A stretch of DNA of 64,000 nt, from contig CBDFFH010000009.1 in NCBI GenBank assembly GCA_965246715.1, positions 95,239 to 159,238 on the forward strand, in the 5' to 3' direction. This stretch comes from Chamaesiphon sp. (GTDB lineage Bacteria > Cyanobacteriota > Cyanobacteriia > Cyanobacteriales > Chamaesiphonaceae). Shown piece after piece: positions 60,377 to 64,000 of this stretch. Positions within the stretch are counted from its first letter, which is position 1. The number at the start of each line of letters is the position of its first letter. The translations under genes and the position numbers were made by a program. A model generated the notes under the pieces. That model was not told the origin of the DNA and did no database searches. It worked only from the letters and a program-made list of their open reading frames with translations.

Positions 60377-60551
60377 AGAATTTTAAATAGGGATGGCAGT
60401 ATAGTCTCGGGTAGGTAGGGGGCATTGCTACCCCTTTCCCCCCGATAAACCGTGCTTAGGTTGAGTCGAGGGCAGGTATTAACCTGCGCCCCTCTCAGTT
60501 AGAACCGTGCGTAATACTTTCGCATTACACGGCTCCCGAATTACTAGGCGA

Positions 60552-62057
60552 TTAAGCCTTGCTCATGTGGATGTAGTCGTGGCAGGATTCATGTATTGCT
60601 ACAAGATTATTCTGCTTCCAATTATTATGATTCTTGTCTACATGATGTAGATGAATCTTTTCATCCCCTACGAATTTTAGTCCGCAGGATGCACATGAAT
60701 GGTTTTGCCGCACGAGGGCTTTAGAGGTTTTGCCTTCATAGAGTTTTGATTTTCTCTCGCTCCAGTAGGTTACATCGCCATCATAAGGTGATTTCTCTCC
60801 TTTGACATTGATATATTTGTTTTCGGAGTAAGGAACCGATGGAAATGCTTTATCCAATAATGCTTTGGATGTATCGCGATTCTGTTTGGTTTCCTTGTTG
60901 AATAACTTGTAGGCTCTGTATTGGATGTGATACAAGGAGTTCCTTGAACCATCCATTTTACAAAACCGATGGTAATTCCTCCAGCCTCTTACGATTGGTG
61001 CCAGCTTTTCGGCTTTTACTATCGCTCCATAGTTCGAGTTGTTGACGATGACTTTTACTTTCTTACGGAATGCTCGATGATTATCCGTTGAAGGAACACA
61101 TCGAAACTTTCCGCTTGATTGCACTTTAAAGTGCCATCCGAGGAAATCAAATCCATCTCTCGTAGCAGTAACTTTGGTCTTTCTTTCGCTGACCTTCATT
61201 CCCCTGGCGGATAGGAACGCGCTAATTTCTTCAAGTATTAATTCCGCGTCTTCGCTAGGTTTCAATATTATCACCATGTCGTCTGCATAGCGAACTGACT
61301 GGTGAATATTCTCGATTTCATTAAGTGCGATGTTGGCTAGAAGTGGGCTAACCACGCCACCTTGCGGTGTTCCTTGGTCTGGAAATCCTACGTTTGTACC
61401 AGCTTTTAGACATCGGAAAATACCGAGTTTCAGTCCTGCTGGTGCAATAAGATTATCCATAATTGCAGAGTGATTAATCCGGTCGAAACATGCCTCAATA
61501 TCAAGTTCGATAACTCGTTTATTGATTCCGTTGCTTTGTGAGCGCAGATTATGAAACAGGTATTTCTGTGCGTCATGAGCACTTCTTCCCGTCCGAAATC
61601 CGTAGCTCCTTGCATGGAAGGTTGCTTCGTGCGCTGGTTCTAGAGCGTATTTGGCTAAACATTGCCAAGCTCTGTCTGAGATAGTCGGCACTTTTAGCAT
61701 TCGTGTTGTCCCGTCTTTTTTAGGGATTGGGATTTCTCTTAGCTTTTGGTGCTTCCAGTCGGTATGATTGAGACTAATATGATTCTCTAGGGCAAAGCGT
61801 TCTTCAAAGGTGAGGGACGCTTTCCCATCAATACCTGCTGTTTTCTTTCCAGCATTGAGTTGTGTTACTTGTCGAATAGCGAGCATTCTCGCGCCTTTAG
61901 ACTTCAGAATCAATTTCTGTAGTTTCCGTGCGTTACGCTTGTCTAATCTCTGAACTGCTTTGTAAACGCGTTTTTGTAACCGAAAGAGCCTTTTGGAAGC
62001 TTTCTTCCAATTGAAGCTCTTCCACGACTCGCTAGCCGTTAGGCTGCTCTTAATCAT
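60552..62057 (-). CDS. Group II intron reverse transcriptase/maturase with HNH
   Basis: TAGIDG, SYGFR, GTPQGGVVSPLLAN, RYADD, FDFLG, GWRNY, CxxC/HH/HxxCH. Confidence 0.95.
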   Translation of the reverse strand: MIKSSLTASESWKSFNWKKASKRLFRLQKRVYKAVQRLDKRNARKLQKLILKSKGARMLAIRQVTQLNAGKKTAGIDGKASLTFEERFALENHISLNHTDWKHQKLREIPIPKKDGTTRMLKVPTISDRAWQCLAKYALEPAHEATFHARSYGFRTGRSAHDAQKYLFHNLRSQSNGINKRVIELDIEACFDRINHSAIMDNLIAPAGLKLGIFRCLKAGTNVGFPDQGTPQGGVVSPLLANIALNEIENIHQSVRYADDMVIILKPSEDAELILEEISAFLSARGMKVSERKTKVTATRDGFDFLGWHFKVQSSGKFRCVPSTDNHRAFRKKVKVIVNNSNYGAIVKAEKLAPIVRGWRNYHRFCKMDGSRNSLYHIQYRAYKLFNKETKQNRDTSKALLDKAFPSVPYSENKYINVKGEKSPYDGDVTYWSERKSKLYEGKTSKALVRQNHSCASCGLKFVGDEKIHLHHVDKNHNNWKQNNLVAIHESCHDYIHMSKA

Positions 62058-62297
62058 GATTTACTCCAATCTGTTTAATCTGTAATCCTCAAGGCAATTA
62101 TGCCTTGTCCTACCCGCGTTTGAGGGATTAATCGCTTCGTCCCGTCTACCATAAGCTCGACAGCTCATAGACCTCAAACACGTTTTTATTCGTTCCATCC
62201 ATTCGATTGATTGTTCCCTTAGACGCTTCCATTTCAACTATCGGAACCCCATACTCTTGCAGCTATTAACTTGACGATGCTGCGGGATACTAATCTC

Positions 62298-63265
62298 ACG
62301 TCAGTTCGGGTTAAGCCGAAGGCGGTAACACCCACTCAAATCCAAGAGAGGGCTTCTTCGGCTGATGGCAATAGGCAATTAAACCACACAAAACATTCAC
62401 ACAAAAGTTGACGGGGCTACGATGACGAGAATGTTCGACTTGGGAAATATTTTTGAGCTGGTCAATAATCGTTTCAATAATTGAACGTTTTCTGCTCAAA
62501 AATTTGTCATTTAAACGCATTAATTTGTTCTTCATATTTCGCTTCGGTTTAGCGAAAAATTCTATTCCCTCATCTTCAAATAACTGTGTTGCTAATGATT
62601 GAGACACATAGCCCTTGTCAGCAAAAATCTTACCAAACAGAGATGAAACTAAGTTTAGGACTGGCTTGCGATCGTCAATATTACCAGGGGTCAGCATGAT
62701 ATTTAGAAGTTCACCGTTTTCATTAGCTACTAGATGTAACTTAAAGCCAAAGAACCAATCCACAGAGGTTTTGCCGCGAGCCGCCAGATTTTTAAAAACT
62801 TTATGTCCAGATATCCGTCGATTATGGCAGACTTTTAAACAAGTGGAATCAATAAAACTAATCCCTGTGCAAGCACCAAAGCACTGCTTGAGATAAACAC
62901 ATAAGGGCATCAGTGTCTGAGGTATCCATTCTACAAACCGTTGATAGCTGGGCAATAGGGGAAAAGCATCTGCCCAATAAACACTTACATGGTCGATGTA
63001 ATAATGCTTGAAATTTCGGTAATGGTGCTGATGAAATGTTATCAAAATCGTCATGATTTCACTCAAACAGAGGCTTTTGGCTCGGCGACGGGTTTTGCTC
63101 CCATCGGAAATGAGCTGTAAGTGCCAGCTCGGTTCAAACTTTTGGCAGAAATTGTCGATATCACAGAATAATGCATCTAAACTATTCATAGGAGGGTGTG
63201 CTAAATCGTTGATAGTAATACCTTTTAGCTTAACGCCCCCTCCTTTTCTTAACCCGAACTGACGT
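62298..63265 (-). mobile_element. IS982-family insertion sequence
   Basis: 18-bp TIR ACGTCAGTTCGGGTTAAG; 7-bp TSD TAATCTC (62291-62297, 63266-63272). Confidence 0.95.
62311..63189 (-). CDS. IS982 transposase
   Basis: IDST, WFFGFKLHL, ADKGY, RSIIET. Confidence 0.95.
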   Translation of the reverse strand: MNSLDALFCDIDNFCQKFEPSWHLQLISDGSKTRRRAKSLCLSEIMTILITFHQHHYRNFKHYYIDHVSVYWADAFPLLPSYQRFVEWIPQTLMPLCVYLKQCFGACTGISFIDSTCLKVCHNRRISGHKVFKNLAARGKTSVDWFFGFKLHLVANENGELLNIMLTPGNIDDRKPVLNLVSSLFGKIFADKGYVSQSLATQLFEDEGIEFFAKPKRNMKNKLMRLNDKFLSRKRSIIETIIDQLKNISQVEHSRHRSPVNFCVNVLCGLIAYCHQPKKPSLGFEWVLPPSA

Positions 63266-63630
63266 TAATCTCCGATGAAGTCATGGTTTTCGGTTGTTAC
63301 CCATGCTTCTTGGTAAGTTGCTTTTGAAGGAAGTTCGTTAATCTCGTCATAGGAACTCGCTATTAGCAGCAGTGTCAGCTATAACTCGCTGTCTGATTCC
63401 GCCCTGATCCCGGCTTCGCTCTATAAGATTCCGAACTTACTCGGCGCGGGCAGGTAAGCAGTCACTCCTGAGTTTGGAGGGAAGGACTTGCACCTTCATC
63501 AATTGGATAGTTCAAGCCTTGAGGTGCTACATGTCTAGTAGCCAGCTTGGATTAGTTATTTACGGACTGGGTACCGCGATTGACTAATCAACGAATCGCA
63601 CCAAGTTTCCAAGTACACGGCTTGAGCAAT

Positions 63631-64000
63631 TCACTTTTGATGGTGGATTTTGTGGTGACAGTATTGATGAACCCAGATTAAATTTCTGATTTCATCTTTG
63701 CCATCTTGAATTTTGGGGATGACGTGGTGCAAGTCTATCGGTTCGTCATTAAAGAGCGATTCCCCGCAGACAGTACATTTATATCCTTGGTTATTGGCTA
63801 CTTTTTCTTTGGTTTTATTATATCTAGTGGCTTCACTCTTAGCTTTAGTTTTCCATCTTTTCTCCCAGTACTCCTTGCGTTTACGGTCATCTGGGGAGGC
63901 AGTTTTAGTTACCATTGCATACCTCTCGATATTAAACTAAGCGAATCTGAGCATGTATGCCCCTATCTTTTTATCGCCACAGTCCCATTTGGAATTCCTC
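63631..64000 (-). pseudogene. C-terminus (DNA-binding/HNH region) of the outer intron RT with a premature stop
   Basis: ...GAYMLRFA*FNIERYAMVTKTASPDD...CTVC...HH...HQYCH; TAG at 63937-63939. Confidence 0.8.

Larger units (their letters stand above)
60459..63601 (-). mobile_element. Inner group II intron
   Basis: 5' GTGCGATTCG at 63601; DV GAGCCGTGTAATGCGAAAGTATTACGCACGGTTC at 60502-60535; DVI ending CGACTCAACC. Confidence 0.9.
60404..64000 (-). mobile_element. Outer group II intron (3' part; 5' end outside window), domain V interrupted
   Basis: Split DV at 63602-63623 plus 60447-60458; DVI GGGGGGAAAGGGGTAGCAATGCCCCCTACCTACCC; 3' end approximate (60404-60406). Confidence 0.85.

Noticed and set aside
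60552..62057. RT as retron or defence RT
   Set aside because: Has maturase and HNH regions and sits within clear group II intron boundaries with DV/DVI.

Overview
Cyanobacterial chromosome segment. The very dense CGATCG/GCGATCGC/TCGATCGA (HIP1-type) sites suggest a Chamaesiphon-like organism, which is an inference. 1-8060 is the right part of an integrative, plasmid-like element inserted at the 3' end of tRNA-Thr(GGT). It carries a tyrosine integrase, an Xis-like gene, a DUF3854 primase/ATPase Rep with an internal iteron cluster, a helicase-less MobF relaxase, and a ParM actin with a putative ParR. Housekeeping genes follow: LMW-PTP, crtB, pds, tsaC, rpmB, four minor pilins, and Ycf46/Ycf35-like genes. 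24.2-45.6 kb is a coherent accessory locus. It encodes a sigma-70-like factor (split by ISAs1), DUF1822, a transmembrane CHAT-STAND-WD40 protein, COP23, secreted trypsin-TPR proteases, an LRR protein and Cys-rich secreted paralogs. Four of its transcription units share an exact-spacing motif GCATAAA(A/C)-N16-GAAT, which suggests a protease-triggered sigma regulon and is the best candidate for an undescribed system. The right part has a VapBC-type TA pair, a nested IS982/IS4 cluster, purB, rpsO, PAM68, lpxA and alaS. Just upstream of alaS sits a group II twintron: an IS982 inside an intron that is itself inserted in catalytic domain V of a second intron. Several REP/REPIN families, an IS982-ended MITE and tiny in-frame hairpin insertions (24, 27 and 51 nt) are scattered through the window. 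All calls come from reading motifs by eye; no database searches were run.
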